DNA of 35,571 nt from a virus (lineage: Duplodnaviria > Caudoviricetes), in the IMG/VR virus record IMGVR_UViG_3300032155_000034, positions 1-35,571 of that record; one strand, written 5' to 3'. Positions 25,140-35,263 of the stretch are shown piece by piece. A program made the position numbers and the translations under genes. Position 1 is the first letter of the stretch. Each line of letters starts with the position of its first letter. Under the pieces are notes generated by a model, which was given only the letters and a program-made list of their open reading frames with translations, did not search any database and was not told the DNA's origin.

Positions 25140-25796
25140 ATGATCTCCGCCATCGAAAACGCCATCATCGCCCGCATCTCCTCTGCCCCCCGCGATGTGC
25201 TGGGCTACGGGCTGCGGCGCGTGGACAGCTACGGCGGCCAACTGGAGGACGAGGACGAGTTGGCCAAGATCGCCAACGTCCTGCCCTGCGCCCTGGTGAC
25301 CTGTACGGGGGTGGGACGCGCCGACAACAACGGCAGCCACTATGCCGAGCGGGGCACCTTTGCCGTGCTGTGTGTTGCCCGGTCGCTGCGCAACGAGCAG
25401 GCCACCCGCCACGGCGGCAAGCCCGGCGAGGTGGGCACCCACCAGATGCGCGACGACGTGCTGGCACTGCTGTGCGGCCAGACGCTGGGCCTTGGCGAGC
25501 ACATTTCCCCGCTGGTGCCGCACGGTACCCGCATCCTGTTCAACGGCAAGCTGCGCAAGCAAGCCATTTCCGTCGTGGCCGTGGAGTTCGCCACCAGTTG
25601 GAACCACCCGGCCCCGGCGGACGCGCCCCAGGCCGCACTGCCCGAAGACCTGCAAGGGGCCACGTCTCCCGCCGAGGCGGTGGCCAAGGCCGCAGGCATT
25701 ACCGACTTCACGCTCTATGCCGGGGATTGGGGCGCGCCCGTGCCCCTCTTCGACGGCCAACCGCTCCGCGATGTCGTGGAGTTCCACCAGGAGTAA
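25140..25796 (+). CDS. Tail terminator (Mu gp37/DUF1834)
   Basis: MISAIENAIIARI...VDSYGGQL...ARSLRNEQATRHG. Confidence 0.82.
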   Translation: MISAIENAIIARISSAPRDVLGYGLRRVDSYGGQLEDEDELAKIANVLPCALVTCTGVGRADNNGSHYAERGTFAVLCVARSLRNEQATRHGGKPGEVGTHQMRDDVLALLCGQTLGLGEHISPLVPHGTRILFNGKLRKQAISVVAVEFATSWNHPAPADAPQAALPEDLQGATSPAEAVAKAAGITDFTLYAGDWGAPVPLFDGQPLRDVVEFHQE

Positions 25797-25803
25797 CCCA
25801 CAC

Positions 25804-26040
25804 ATGTCCGCACAGACCGCCAAGAACCGCGCTTCCAAAGTCCCCGCCCCCACGTTTGTCATCCGGCCCGCGCGGCCCGACGACATGGTGCGCGACCCCG
25901 AGACCCGCAAGCCCCTGGCTGAGGGTGGCGAATCCAAACCCCGCAACAGCCATTGGCTGCGCCGCCTGGCTGCCGGGGATGTCGTGGAGGTGACCGAAAG
26001 CGACACCGCACCGGCCAGCAAGCCGGGCAAGAAGGAGTAA
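25804..26040 (+). CDS. Mu gp38/DUF2635-like protein
   Basis: VRDPETRKPLAEGGESKPRNSHWLRRLAAGDV. Confidence 0.85.
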   Translation: MSAQTAKNRASKVPAPTFVIRPARPDDMVRDPETRKPLAEGGESKPRNSHWLRRLAAGDVVEVTESDTAPASKPGKKE

Positions 26041-26043
26041 CCC

Positions 26044-27507
26044 ATGACCATCAGCTTCTCGCAGATTCCGGTGAGCATCCGCACGCCGGGCCAGTACGCG
26101 GAGTTCGACAACTCGCTGGCCAACAAGGGCCTGGTGCGCGACATCACCCGCGTGCTGCTGCTGGGCCAGCGGCTGGGCGGATCGGCTGCCCCCCTCGAAC
26201 CCGTGCGGGTGCTGTCCGGCGACCATGCCGTGGCGCTGTTCGGTCGCGGCAGCATGCTGGCGGCCATGGCCTACGCCTTCAAGGACGCCAACGAGGATTC
26301 CGACCTGTGGGCCGTGCCCGTGGCCGACAACGCCGCCGGGCAGGCCGCCACCGGCACCGTGACCATTGCCGGTGCCGCCACGGCAGCTGGCACGCTGGTG
26401 CTCTACGTGGGCGGGGTGAAGGTGCAGGCCGCCGTGGGCGTGGGCGCTCTGGCCTCCGCCGTGGCCGCCGACCTCGCCGACGCGGTGGGCGAGATGCCCG
26501 ACCTGCCGGTGACCGCGTCCGCCACCGGGGCCGTGGTCACGCTGACCGCCCGGCACAAGGGCGAGACCATGAACGCGCTGGACCTGCGCACCACCTATTG
26601 GCAGGGCGATGCCGTGCCCGCCGGGCTGACCGTGACCATTGCCGCCATGTCGGGCGGTACCGGCAACCCCGACGTGACCACCGCCCTCGCCGCCCTGGGC
26701 GACGTGCAGTACCACCACGTGATCACCCCGTGGACGGACACCGCAAACCTTGCCGCCCTGGAAGCGGAACTGGAGGACCGCTGGTCCGCCATCCGCCAGA
26801 TAGAAGGGCAGGCGTGGGCGTCCGTTTCGGGCACGCACGCGGCGCTGGCCACCATAGGCAGCGCCCGCAATTCCGAAGTCATCTCCATCATGGGCGCGCA
26901 GCGCAGCCCCACGCCGCCGTGGGTGTGGGCCGCAGTGTACGGAGCCGTGGCTGCCTACAACTTGTCCATCGACCCCGCCCGTCCGCTGCAAACCCTGGAG
27001 CTGCCCGGCATTCTCGCCCCTGCGGAGCCGGACCGGTTCACCCGGGCCGAGCGCAACCTGCTGCTGTACGACGGCGTCAGCACCTTTCTGGTGGCCGTGG
27101 ACGGCACCGTGTCCATCGAACGGGCCATCACCACCTACCAGGTGAACGCCTACAACCTGCCGGACCCCAGCTACCTGGACGTGGAAACGCTGGCCACCCT
27201 GTCTGTTCTGCGCAGCACGCTGCGCGCCCGCATCAGCCAGAAGTTTCCCCGGCACAAGCTGGCCGACGACGGCACCCGGTTCGGCGCCGGGCAGGCCATC
27301 GTCACGCCCAGCATCATCCGGGCCGAACTCATCGCCCTGGCCCGCGCCTGGGAAGAGCGCGGCTGGGTGGAAAACCTGAATGCGTTCAAGGACCAGCTGG
27401 TGGTGGAACGCAACGCCGACGATCCCACCCGCGTGGACGTCGTGCTGCCGCCCGACCTGGTCAACCAGCTGCGCGTGTTCGCCGCGCTGGTCCAGTTCCG
27501 CGTCTAA
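26044..27507 (+). CDS. Contractile tail sheath protein (Mu gpL)
   Basis: ISFSQIPVSIRTPGQYAEFDNS, DPARPLQTL, ERNLLLYDGVST, PDLVNQLRVFA. Confidence 0.94.
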   Translation: MTISFSQIPVSIRTPGQYAEFDNSLANKGLVRDITRVLLLGQRLGGSAAPLEPVRVLSGDHAVALFGRGSMLAAMAYAFKDANEDSDLWAVPVADNAAGQAATGTVTIAGAATAAGTLVLYVGGVKVQAAVGVGALASAVAADLADAVGEMPDLPVTASATGAVVTLTARHKGETMNALDLRTTYWQGDAVPAGLTVTIAAMSGGTGNPDVTTALAALGDVQYHHVITPWTDTANLAALEAELEDRWSAIRQIEGQAWASVSGTHAALATIGSARNSEVISIMGAQRSPTPPWVWAAVYGAVAAYNLSIDPARPLQTLELPGILAPAEPDRFTRAERNLLLYDGVSTFLVAVDGTVSIERAITTYQVNAYNLPDPSYLDVETLATLSVLRSTLRARISQKFPRHKLADDGTRFGAGQAIVTPSIIRAELIALARAWEERGWVENLNAFKDQLVVERNADDPTRVDVVLPPDLVNQLRVFAALVQFRV

Positions 27508-27537
27508 CCCCACGCCCGCAACACGAAGGAGAACGAC

Positions 27538-27894
27538 ATGGGCCAATATCTCGGAAGGGCGGTCATCGCCTTCGACGGCAAGACGCTGGACACCCAGCGT
27601 TCGGCAAAACTCAACCTGGGCGGGATGGCCCGCAAGCCTGTCCCTGGCACCAACAGCGTGGGCTTTGCCGAAGAACTGGTGCCCGGCACCGTCGAATGCG
27701 AGGTGAACGTGGCCAAGGACACTCCGGTGGAGGACATCCGCAACATCACCAACGCCACGGTCACCTTCCGGGGCGACATCGGCCGCACCTGGGTGATCCG
27801 CGAGGCGTTCGTGGAGGACGTGCTGGAAATGTCGGAGGGCGAAGGCGGCAAGATGAAGGTCAAACTCACCGGCAACCCCGCCGAAGAAGCATAG
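27538..27894 (+). CDS. Tail tube protein (Mu gpM)
   Basis: 118 aa directly after the sheath gene; AAGGAG RBS. Confidence 0.88.
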   Translation: MGQYLGRAVIAFDGKTLDTQRSAKLNLGGMARKPVPGTNSVGFAEELVPGTVECEVNVAKDTPVEDIRNITNATVTFRGDIGRTWVIREAFVEDVLEMSEGEGGKMKVKLTGNPAEEA

Positions 27895-27903
27895 GAAAAC
27901 ACC

Positions 27904-28239
27904 ATGACGGCAACCACCCAGCCGCGCGAACCCAAGGTTATCAGGCTGTCCCGCCCGCTTTTTGTGGGCGAGGCGAAGTACGAACAGCTGTCCATGCGCG
28001 AACCCTACGTGAAGGACCAACTGGCCGTGGACGAACCCGGCCAGACCCAGGCGGAAATGGAAGTGCGGCTCATCGGGCGGCTGTGCGACCTGAACACGGA
28101 AGTCCTGCGCGAACTGCCTGTGTGCGACTACGTGCAATTGCAGCGGGCGCTGATGGGTTTCATCTCGCCCCAGGCGGCCGCATCCGCCGCGCCGCGCTCG
28201 AACTCGGACACGTCGCCGGATGGGGCAGGCACGAAATAG
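27904..28239 (+). CDS. Tail assembly chaperone (Mu gp41-like)
   Basis: LSMREPYVKD...LIGRLC...DYVQLQ; lies between the tube and tape-measure genes. Confidence 0.85.
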   Translation: MTATTQPREPKVIRLSRPLFVGEAKYEQLSMREPYVKDQLAVDEPGQTQAEMEVRLIGRLCDLNTEVLRELPVCDYVQLQRALMGFISPQAAASAAPRSNSDTSPDGAGTK

Positions 28240-28319
28240 AGGACATGCGGGTGTCCGAGTTCCTTGCATACCACGCCGAGGCGCTGCGCCTGGCGCGGGA
28301 CATCTCTGGAGAAGGATAG
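28155..28319 (+). CDS. -1 frameshift extension of the tail chaperone (GT/E+E' type)
   Basis: In-frame slippery heptamer G GGT TTC (28155-28161); the -1 frame reads ...LGHVAGWGRHEIEDMRVSEFLAYHAEA... Confidence 0.65.
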   Translation, partial: GFHLAPGGRIRRAALELGHVAGWGRHEIEDMRVSEFLAYHAEALRLARDISGEG

Positions 28320-28328
28320 GAGGCTGAC

Positions 28329-30218
28329 GTGCTGGGTTCCGGCCAGATGGCGCTCAACATAATGATCGGGGCCGCTCTTTCGGGCGGCTTCCGGTCTTCC
28401 TTCAGCGGGGCCCGGTCGGAAATGACCAGCCTGGCCGATGGTTCGACGCGCCTCGGCGCTGCGCTGGATGTTGCCGACCGCAAGATGCACGGCATGAGCG
28501 GCAGCGCCAATGACCTTCAGGGCAGCCTTGCCCAGATGGGCCAGGCGGTGGCCTCGCTGATGGTGATCCGCAGCGCGGTGAACATGGCGGGCGACCTGGA
28601 ACACCGGCTGGCCGCCACAGGCATAACGGCAGACCTGACCGCAGCGGAGGTGCGCGAACTGCGCAACCGGCTGCGCGAGCTGGCCGTGCCGGAGTCCACC
28701 AACCAGTCGGTGGACCAGTTGGAACGCGGGTTCAACAAGCTGGTCAGCGCGGGCATGGAATCGGACAAGGCGCAGACGGCGTTGTATTCCATAGGCCGGA
28801 CGGCCACGGCGACTGGGGCAGAGATTGAAGACCTGTCAGCAACGGCGTTTGTCTTGGTGGAAACATTGGGGGTTGCCCCAGGAGCATTGACGGCGGAGCT
28901 GGACCGCCTGGCCTACGCGGGTGGGCGTGGCGCATTTGAACTGAAGAACATGGCCCGGTATTTTCCCATGCTTGGCGCGGGGGCCAAGGCCCTGAAGATG
29001 GAAGGGAGCGAGGCCGTGGGCACGTTGGGGGCCGCCCTTCAGATTGCCATGGAGGGGACGGCGGACCCCGGCGAGGCAGCCAACAACATGGCCAACTTCA
29101 TGAAGTCGTTGACCTCTCCGGAGACGCTGAAGAACGCCAAGCAGGCCGGTATCAACATCAAGAAGATCATCCGCAAGGCATGGGCGGACGGCGAAAACCC
29201 GCTGCTGGCCGTGCTGGACGCGGTAAAGGCCAAGACCGACGGCGACCCGTTCAAGATCGGTCAGATATTCCGCGACACGCAGGTCCAGAACTTCCTCAAA
29301 CCGGTGCTGAACAACTTCGAAGGACTGAAGTCGCTCAAGCGCTCCATCATGGCGGATAGTAGCGGGACCGTGGACCATCAATTCGCCACCATGATGGCCC
29401 AGTTCAATGAAAAGAAAAAAGGACTGGACAACGCCTTGGCCAAGCTGGGGGATTCGGTAGGTGTGGCCTTTCTCCCCCCGTTGGGGGCGGTTGTGACTAT
29501 GCTGACCCCGCTAGTAGGTCTGCTTGCCGACGCTGCGGAAGAGTCGCCCACGTTCACCTTCACCCTGCTGGCCATGGGCGCGGCGCTGACCGTGCTGCCG
29601 CCCGCCATTGCCCTGCTCGGCATGGCCTGGCGGTCCATGTCCACGTCCATTGTGGCCACGCCGATAGGCGCTGCCATCGTCCTGATCGGGCTGGGTGCAG
29701 CCTACCTCATCGACCACTGGACCCCGGTGCAGGAGTTCTTCAAGGGCATGTGGGAACCCGTGAAGCCGTATTGGGACGCCTTCGTCGGATGGGTCGGCGG
29801 CGTGTGGGAAAAGCTGCGGCCCATGTTCGAGACGGTGGGCAAGTGGATGGGCATCGGCGCGTCCGCCACCGCAGGCCCGTCCACCACATCGAATGCTGAA
29901 TCCAGCGCCCAGGGCGCAGGGGCACCCGGAACCGCCGGGGGCACGGCTGCCGCCCCAGGTAGCGCGGCTGGTGCGGGAAAGCCCGGCGCGCCACTGCCGC
30001 GCATGGGCGCAGGGGCCGCTGCGGCAGAGGAGCGCGGCGCGGCCACGGCAGCGCGGGCCGCCCAGCAGGGCGACGCCCAAGGCAAGGGTGTGCTGCGCCA
30101 TGTCATCGACCTGACCGTGCGCGGATTGCCTGCCGGGTCCAGCGTGGTGGCCCGATCCGACAGCCCCGGCGTCACCATCAATGCCCGCACCGGCCCGATG
30201 ATGGCCGGGGCGAACTAA
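28329..30218 (+). CDS. Tail tape measure protein
   Basis: Ala-rich helical protein with GAFELKNMARYFP core, hydrophobic segments and W/F-spaced repeats; AGGAGG RBS. Confidence 0.9.
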   Translation: MLGSGQMALNIMIGAALSGGFRSSFSGARSEMTSLADGSTRLGAALDVADRKMHGMSGSANDLQGSLAQMGQAVASLMVIRSAVNMAGDLEHRLAATGITADLTAAEVRELRNRLRELAVPESTNQSVDQLERGFNKLVSAGMESDKAQTALYSIGRTATATGAEIEDLSATAFVLVETLGVAPGALTAELDRLAYAGGRGAFELKNMARYFPMLGAGAKALKMEGSEAVGTLGAALQIAMEGTADPGEAANNMANFMKSLTSPETLKNAKQAGINIKKIIRKAWADGENPLLAVLDAVKAKTDGDPFKIGQIFRDTQVQNFLKPVLNNFEGLKSLKRSIMADSSGTVDHQFATMMAQFNEKKKGLDNALAKLGDSVGVAFLPPLGAVVTMLTPLVGLLADAAEESPTFTFTLLAMGAALTVLPPAIALLGMAWRSMSTSIVATPIGAAIVLIGLGAAYLIDHWTPVQEFFKGMWEPVKPYWDAFVGWVGGVWEKLRPMFETVGKWMGIGASATAGPSTTSNAESSAQGAGAPGTAGGTAAAPGSAAGAGKPGAPLPRMGAGAAAAEERGAATAARAAQQGDAQGKGVLRHVIDLTVRGLPAGSSVVARSDSPGVTINARTGPMMAGAN

Positions 30219-30231
30219 GCAGGGGGCAGCC

Positions 30232-31419
30232 ATGGCGACGGAAAGCACCTGGCGCAAGGACATGCGCCCGGCATCGTTCCGGGGCGTGAAGTTCGAGGTG
30301 GCCAACCGCGACTACGCGGGAGGCCGCAGGCTGGCCACGCACGAGTATCCCAAGCGCGACGAACCCACCAACGAGGACATGGGCCGCAAGGCCCGGCAGC
30401 TGTCGGTGGAGGCGTTCCAGTTCGGCCGGGAGTACCTGGGGCCGCGCAACAGCCTGCTGGAGGCCTTGGAAAAGGACGGCCCCGGCGAGTACGTGGACCC
30501 GTGGGGCCTTTCGCACACCGTGCGGGTGCGCCAGTTCTCCGCATCCGAGCGGCTGGACATGGGCGGCTATGTCGCGTGGCGGCTGGATTTTGTGGAAGAC
30601 ACCGAGGGCGGCGGGCACACCACCCGCACCGACACGGCGGCGCTGGCATCGGGCGCAGCCGATGATGCCGAAGACGCCTACGTGGATGACTTTGCCGACC
30701 GGTTCGGCGTCATCGGGCCGGACCTTGTGCGGTCCGAGGCGCTGGAACAGGCAGAAGGCTGGATGGACCGCGCCGGTTCCGTCTCGTGGGGCACGCCTGC
30801 GGCCGCCCGGTCGTTGCTGAACCTGCGTCGCCAGTCCACCTCGCTGATGGACAAGCCCGGATCACTGGCCGACGGCATCCGTTCGACCATCAGCAGCCTG
30901 GTGGGGGGAGTTTCCACCGGCGGCAGCGGCGGCAACAGCCGCTACACGGCAGCGCGCGAGCTGGCGACCATGGCCCCTGAACGCCCGCTGGTCACCTCCT
31001 CGTCCTCGCAGGCGACCGCGAACCAGGCGGCGCTGTCCGACCTGACGTCCGGGCTGGCCGTGGTTCAGGCCGCACGCGCCACCACCGACATGGATTTCGA
31101 GGTGTACGAGGATGCCGTTGCCGTACGCCAGCAGGTGGCCGCCGACCTGGACGAGGCCATGGCCACGGCGTCGGACCCCCTGTACGAGGCGCTGCACGCC
31201 CTGCGTACCGCCGTGGTGCGTGACATCGCCGTGCGCGGCGCGGACCTGGCCCGACTGGATGATCTGACGCCCGGCGCGACGCTGCCCGCCCTGGTGGTGG
31301 CCTATGCCTATTACGGCAACGCCGCGCGCGAAACGGACGTGCTGTCCCGCAACCCCGTCATCCGGCACCCCGGCTTCGTGCCTGGCGGCAACACCCTGAA
31401 GGTGGTCCGCGATGAGTAG
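30232..31419 (+). CDS. DNA circularisation protein (Mu gpN-like)
   Basis: WRKDMRPASFRGVKF, HEYPKRD, EDMGRK, RNPVIRHPGFVP. Confidence 0.9.
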   Translation: MATESTWRKDMRPASFRGVKFEVANRDYAGGRRLATHEYPKRDEPTNEDMGRKARQLSVEAFQFGREYLGPRNSLLEALEKDGPGEYVDPWGLSHTVRVRQFSASERLDMGGYVAWRLDFVEDTEGGGHTTRTDTAALASGAADDAEDAYVDDFADRFGVIGPDLVRSEALEQAEGWMDRAGSVSWGTPAAARSLLNLRRQSTSLMDKPGSLADGIRSTISSLVGGVSTGGSGGNSRYTAARELATMAPERPLVTSSSSQATANQAALSDLTSGLAVVQAARATTDMDFEVYEDAVAVRQQVAADLDEAMATASDPLYEALHALRTAVVRDIAVRGADLARLDDLTPGATLPALVVAYAYYGNAARETDVLSRNPVIRHPGFVPGGNTLKVVRDE

Positions 31420-32497
31420 CAATGTGGTGACCCTGCATACGGGCGGCCAGATTCACGAGGGGTGGACGGATGTTTCCATCACCCTCGCCCTGGACAGGCT
31501 GTCCGGTGATTTCGACGTGCGGCTGACCGACGAGTGGGTCAGCGGGGGCAGCCGGGTGCGCCTGGGCGTGGCCGAAGGGGCGCCGTGCGCCGTGCGCATT
31601 GATGGCGAACCCATGGTCACCGGCTACGTGGACGATGTCACCACCGACTATGACGCCACCCGCCGCGAGACGAGCATCACCGGGCGGGACAAGGCGGGCG
31701 ACCTGGTGGACTGTTCGGCCCCGGTGAAGGACTGGCAGGGGCGCAGCCTGTCCGCCATCGCTGCGGACCTGTGCGCCCCCTTCGGCATAGCTGTGCAGGC
31801 TCGCGCGGCTGCGGCCTCCACCGCGTTCCCCCGTTTTTCCACCAACCCCGGGGACACCGTGGCGGCCACCCTGGAACGGCTGCTGCGCCAGCGCGGCCTG
31901 ATGGCCTGGTCCGACGGGCTGGGGGGGCTGGTCATCGGCGTGGTGAGCGAGGGTAGCCCGGTGGCCACCATCATGCCGGGCGACACGGTGCTGTCCGGTC
32001 GTGGCGTGCGGAGCATGGCGGAACGATTTTCGGCCTACACAGCCGTGGCCCATGCCGATGGCGGGGCCGACCCTGACGACGGCGACGATGCGGAAACCAT
32101 TACCAGCCCCAGCGGCAGCGCAACGGACCCCGGCGTCACCCGGCACCGCCCCCTGGTGCTGGTGGCGGAAACGCAGAGCGGCGGACCTTCGCTGGCCAGC
32201 CGCGCCGCGCACGAGGCGAAGACACGCGCCGCGCGGGGCAGGCAGGCCGTCTACACCCTGCCGGGGTGGCGCAATGCGCAGGGCGGGTTGTGGCGACCTG
32301 GGCAGACGGTGGAGCTGCGGGACGAACTGGTGGAACTGTCCGGCCTGTGGGTGGTTACCCAGACGCAGTTCCGGCAGTCCTCGCGCGAGGGCACGGTGAC
32401 GGAGTTGACGGTGATGCGCGCGGCGGCCTTCGCCGTGCTGGCAGAGCCGGAAAAGCCCAAGAAGAAGCGCGGCTGGGACGCGGGAGACGACGACTGA
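31412..32497 (+). CDS. Baseplate hub protein (Mu gp44/P)
   Basis: GWTDVSI, TGYVD, GRDKAGDLVDCS, GWRNAQGGLWRPG. Confidence 0.9.
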   Translation: MSSNVVTLHTGGQIHEGWTDVSITLALDRLSGDFDVRLTDEWVSGGSRVRLGVAEGAPCAVRIDGEPMVTGYVDDVTTDYDATRRETSITGRDKAGDLVDCSAPVKDWQGRSLSAIAADLCAPFGIAVQARAAAASTAFPRFSTNPGDTVAATLERLLRQRGLMAWSDGLGGLVIGVVSEGSPVATIMPGDTVLSGRGVRSMAERFSAYTAVAHADGGADPDDGDDAETITSPSGSATDPGVTRHRPLVLVAETQSGGPSLASRAAHEAKTRAARGRQAVYTLPGWRNAQGGLWRPGQTVELRDELVELSGLWVVTQTQFRQSSREGTVTELTVMRAAAFAVLAEPEKPKKKRGWDAGDDD

Positions 32498-33138
32498 TGA
32501 ACCGCGACGACTTTAATCGGATGTCGGCCCCCCTGATCCAGCGGGTGCGTCTGATGGTGGCCCGCGCCGTGGTCCGCCTGGTGGACTCCTCGCGGCGGGT
32601 GCAGGCGGCCCAGGTGGGCCTGCTGAAGGGCGAGGCTCGCGACTCTGTGGAGATGTTCGAGCACTACGGGTTCACCTCGTGCCCGCTGCCGGGCATGGAG
32701 GCCGCCGTGATGTTCGTGGGTGGCGACCGGTCTTCAGGCGTCATCGTGGCCGTGGGCGACCGCATGTTCCGCTTGCAGGGCCTGCAACCCGGCGAGGTGG
32801 CCCTGTACACCGACGAGGGTGATTCGCTGGTGTTCAAGCGGGGGCGAACTGTCGAACTGACCACCCTGCACGCGCGGATCACCGCCGAAGAGGACGTGGC
32901 CGTGGTCACCAAGCGGTACGAGGTGACGGCCACGGAAGGGGTTGCGATCAACTCCCCATCGTATGTCTCGCGGGGGGTGGACGGCGGCACATGCTCGTCG
33001 CGCATGGAGGGGGCAGTACACGTCACCGGCGACGTGACCAGCGATGCGGACGTGCAGGCAGGCAGTGTGTCGCTGCGTACCCATGTGCACCCAGAGAACG
33101 GTGGAAGCGGCCCGACCGGGTCGCCCGTGGGAGGCTAG
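32497..33138 (+). CDS. Baseplate spike (Mu gp45/P2 gpV-like)
   Basis: EHYGFTSCPLPG, LQPGEVALY, C-terminal iron-binding HVH (SLRTHVH). Confidence 0.9.
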   Translation: MNRDDFNRMSAPLIQRVRLMVARAVVRLVDSSRRVQAAQVGLLKGEARDSVEMFEHYGFTSCPLPGMEAAVMFVGGDRSSGVIVAVGDRMFRLQGLQPGEVALYTDEGDSLVFKRGRTVELTTLHARITAEEDVAVVTKRYEVTATEGVAINSPSYVSRGVDGGTCSSRMEGAVHVTGDVTSDADVQAGSVSLRTHVHPENGGSGPTGSPVGG

Positions 33139-33588
33139 ATGGCCGAAGACTACACTCTGGAAGCACCCCTGGAGCGCGGGCTGCTGGCCGCTGACGGCGG
33201 CCTGCGACGTGCCATCGTGATCAGCCTGTTCACCGACGCGCGAGCCGGGGCCGACGACGAATTGCCCGCCGGTTCGGCGGGGTTGAACGCCAGGCGGGGC
33301 TGGTGGGGCGACATCGTATCCCCCGCGCAGGCCCCGACGGGCGCATCGTGGACCACCGGCAGCCGGTTGTGGCTGCTGTCGCGCGAGAAGCAGACGGCGG
33401 AAACGGCGCGCCGCGCACGCGGTTACGCGGAGGAAGCCCTGCAATGGCTGGTCTCTGGCGGGTGGGCTACCTCCGTCAGCGTCGATGCCAGTTGGGCTGC
33501 GGACGCCACCGGGGTGCTGGTGCTGACCATCTCCATCACCCTGGCTGACGGCACCAGCGTTACCGAAATCTTCAGGAGGCCCCTGTGA
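33139..33588 (+). CDS. Baseplate protein Mu gp46
   Basis: ISLFTDARA, RRGWWGD, GSRLWLLSREK, YAEEALQWL. Confidence 0.9.
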   Translation: MAEDYTLEAPLERGLLAADGGLRRAIVISLFTDARAGADDELPAGSAGLNARRGWWGDIVSPAQAPTGASWTTGSRLWLLSREKQTAETARRARGYAEEALQWLVSGGWATSVSVDASWAADATGVLVLTISITLADGTSVTEIFRRPL

Positions 33589-34655
33589 GCTTCAACAGGC
33601 CGACGCTTGCCGCGCTGGTCGCGCGCATCGAAAGCGACATCGACACCCGCATGGAAGGGGCAGACGCCCGCCTGCCCGCCGCCGACGTGGCCGTGCTGGC
33701 GCGGGCCGTGGCCGGAACCCAGCACGGGCTTTACGGCTATCTCGACTATCTGGCCGCGCAGGTGGTGCCCGACACCGCCGACGAGGAACACCTGCTGCGC
33801 TGGGCCAACTGGTGGGGCGTGGCGCGCAAGGCGGCTGAAGCCGCCAGCGGGACCGTAACCTTCACCGGTATCTCCGGCACGTCGATACCCGCCGGATCAC
33901 TGTTGCAGCGCACCGACGGCACGGAGTTCCTGACCATGGCCGACGTGGCCATTGCCGGTGGTAGTGCCGTGGCCCAGGTCGAGGCCGTGGTGGAGGGAAC
34001 GGTGGGCAATACCGCTGCTGGCCTGGTGTTGCGGCTTGCAACCACCATTTCCGGCGTGCTGTCCGCAGCAACCATCGGGGCTGCCGGGCTGACCGGCGGC
34101 ACGGAAGAGGAAACGGTGGAGGCCCTGCGGACCAGGTTGAGAGCCTACGTGCAGGAACCGCCGCAGGGTGGCGCCACCAACGATTGGGTGACCTGGGCGT
34201 TGCAGGTATCCGGCGTTACCCGGGCTTGGGCCTATCCCCGTTACGTGGGGCGCGGCACGGTGGGGCTGGCGTTCGTGTGCGACAACGCGCCGGACTCCAT
34301 CATCCCCGGCGTGGCCATGGTGGCCACCGTGCAGGCGTACCTGGAACACCCCGACCGCTGCCCGCCCGGCTGCGAACCGCTGGTGTTCGCCCCCACGCCC
34401 GCGCCGCTGGTCTTCCAGCTCGCGGACCTCGCCCCTGCGCAGGCCAGCGTGCGGCTGGCCATCGAAGCGGCGCTGAAGGAACTGGTCCTGCGCGAAGCCG
34501 AGCCGGGCGGAACCCTGCTCATCAGCCACGTGCGCGAAGTCATTTCCACGGCAGCCGGGGAGTATGACCACGTGTTGCTGTATCCCACGGCCAACGTGGC
34601 GCACGAGGCCGGGGTCATCGCCACCTACGGCGGCACGATCTGGAGCGAAAGCTGA
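33585..34655 (+). CDS. Baseplate wedge J-like protein (Mu gp47)
   Basis: YLAAQVVPDTA, GGTEEETVEALR, PPQGGA, VSGVTRAW. Confidence 0.9.
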   Translation: MSFNRPTLAALVARIESDIDTRMEGADARLPAADVAVLARAVAGTQHGLYGYLDYLAAQVVPDTADEEHLLRWANWWGVARKAAEAASGTVTFTGISGTSIPAGSLLQRTDGTEFLTMADVAIAGGSAVAQVEAVVEGTVGNTAAGLVLRLATTISGVLSAATIGAAGLTGGTEEETVEALRTRLRAYVQEPPQGGATNDWVTWALQVSGVTRAWAYPRYVGRGTVGLAFVCDNAPDSIIPGVAMVATVQAYLEHPDRCPPGCEPLVFAPTPAPLVFQLADLAPAQASVRLAIEAALKELVLREAEPGGTLLISHVREVISTAAGEYDHVLLYPTANVAHEAGVIATYGGTIWSES

Positions 34656-35263
34656 TGGCCACCGCCGCCGAATACCTGATCCAGTTGCAGGCGCTGCTGC
34701 CGGTGGGCGACGCATGGCCGCGCGAGCCTGACGCCCTGGTAACGCGCACCCTGCGCGGCCTAGCCGAGGACATGGCCCGCGCGGACCGGCGCAGCGTGGA
34801 TCTGTTCGAGGAAACAGACCCCCGCACTGCGCTGGAACTGCTGGGCGAGTGGGAAACCTTCGCGGGCCTGCCAGATGCCTGCACCCAGAACACGGCCATC
34901 TCCCTGGGGGAACGACGGCGCGCCCTGTGGTCAGCCCTGGTGCAGAAGTCCGGCCTGACGCTGTCGTTCTTCCAGCGGCTGGCGACCCGTCTTGGCTACA
35001 CCGTGACCATCGTGGGGCGGGGGCGTCCGTTTATCTGCGGTCGTTCCCGGTGCGGCCACCAGGTGGGCGGTGGGCATGAGGAACGGCTTGTCTGGCACGT
35101 GACCATTCACGGGCCTCGTGTCCAACGTTTCCAGTGCGGCGCATCCAGCGCCGGTGACAGGCTGACGCGCATCGTGCGTGCCACCGACCTGGAATGCCTG
35201 CTGCGCCGCTTGAACCCCGCGCACCTGGACCTTGTCATCGCCTACGAGGAGGCATCCATATGA
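34655..35263 (+). CDS. Baseplate protein Mu gp48 (YmfQ/DUF2313)
   Basis: LQALLPVGDAW, ELLGEWETFAGLPD, LECLLRRLNPAH. Confidence 0.88.
   Translation: MATAAEYLIQLQALLPVGDAWPREPDALVTRTLRGLAEDMARADRRSVDLFEETDPRTALELLGEWETFAGLPDACTQNTAISLGERRRALWSALVQKSGLTLSFFQRLATRLGYTVTIVGRGRPFICGRSRCGHQVGGGHEERLVWHVTIHGPRVQRFQCGASSAGDRLTRIVRATDLECLLRRLNPAHLDLVIAYEEASI

Noticed and set aside
25708-28269. 853-aa minus-strand ORF (likewise 16252-18084 and 21236-22789)
   Set aside because: Antisense shadows of well-supported sheath/tube, terminase and protease genes.
25953-28319. 788-aa + strand ORF
   Set aside because: An alternative frame over the sheath and tube genes, rich in Arg/Pro/Gly; only the last ~54 codons make sense, as the frameshift extension.
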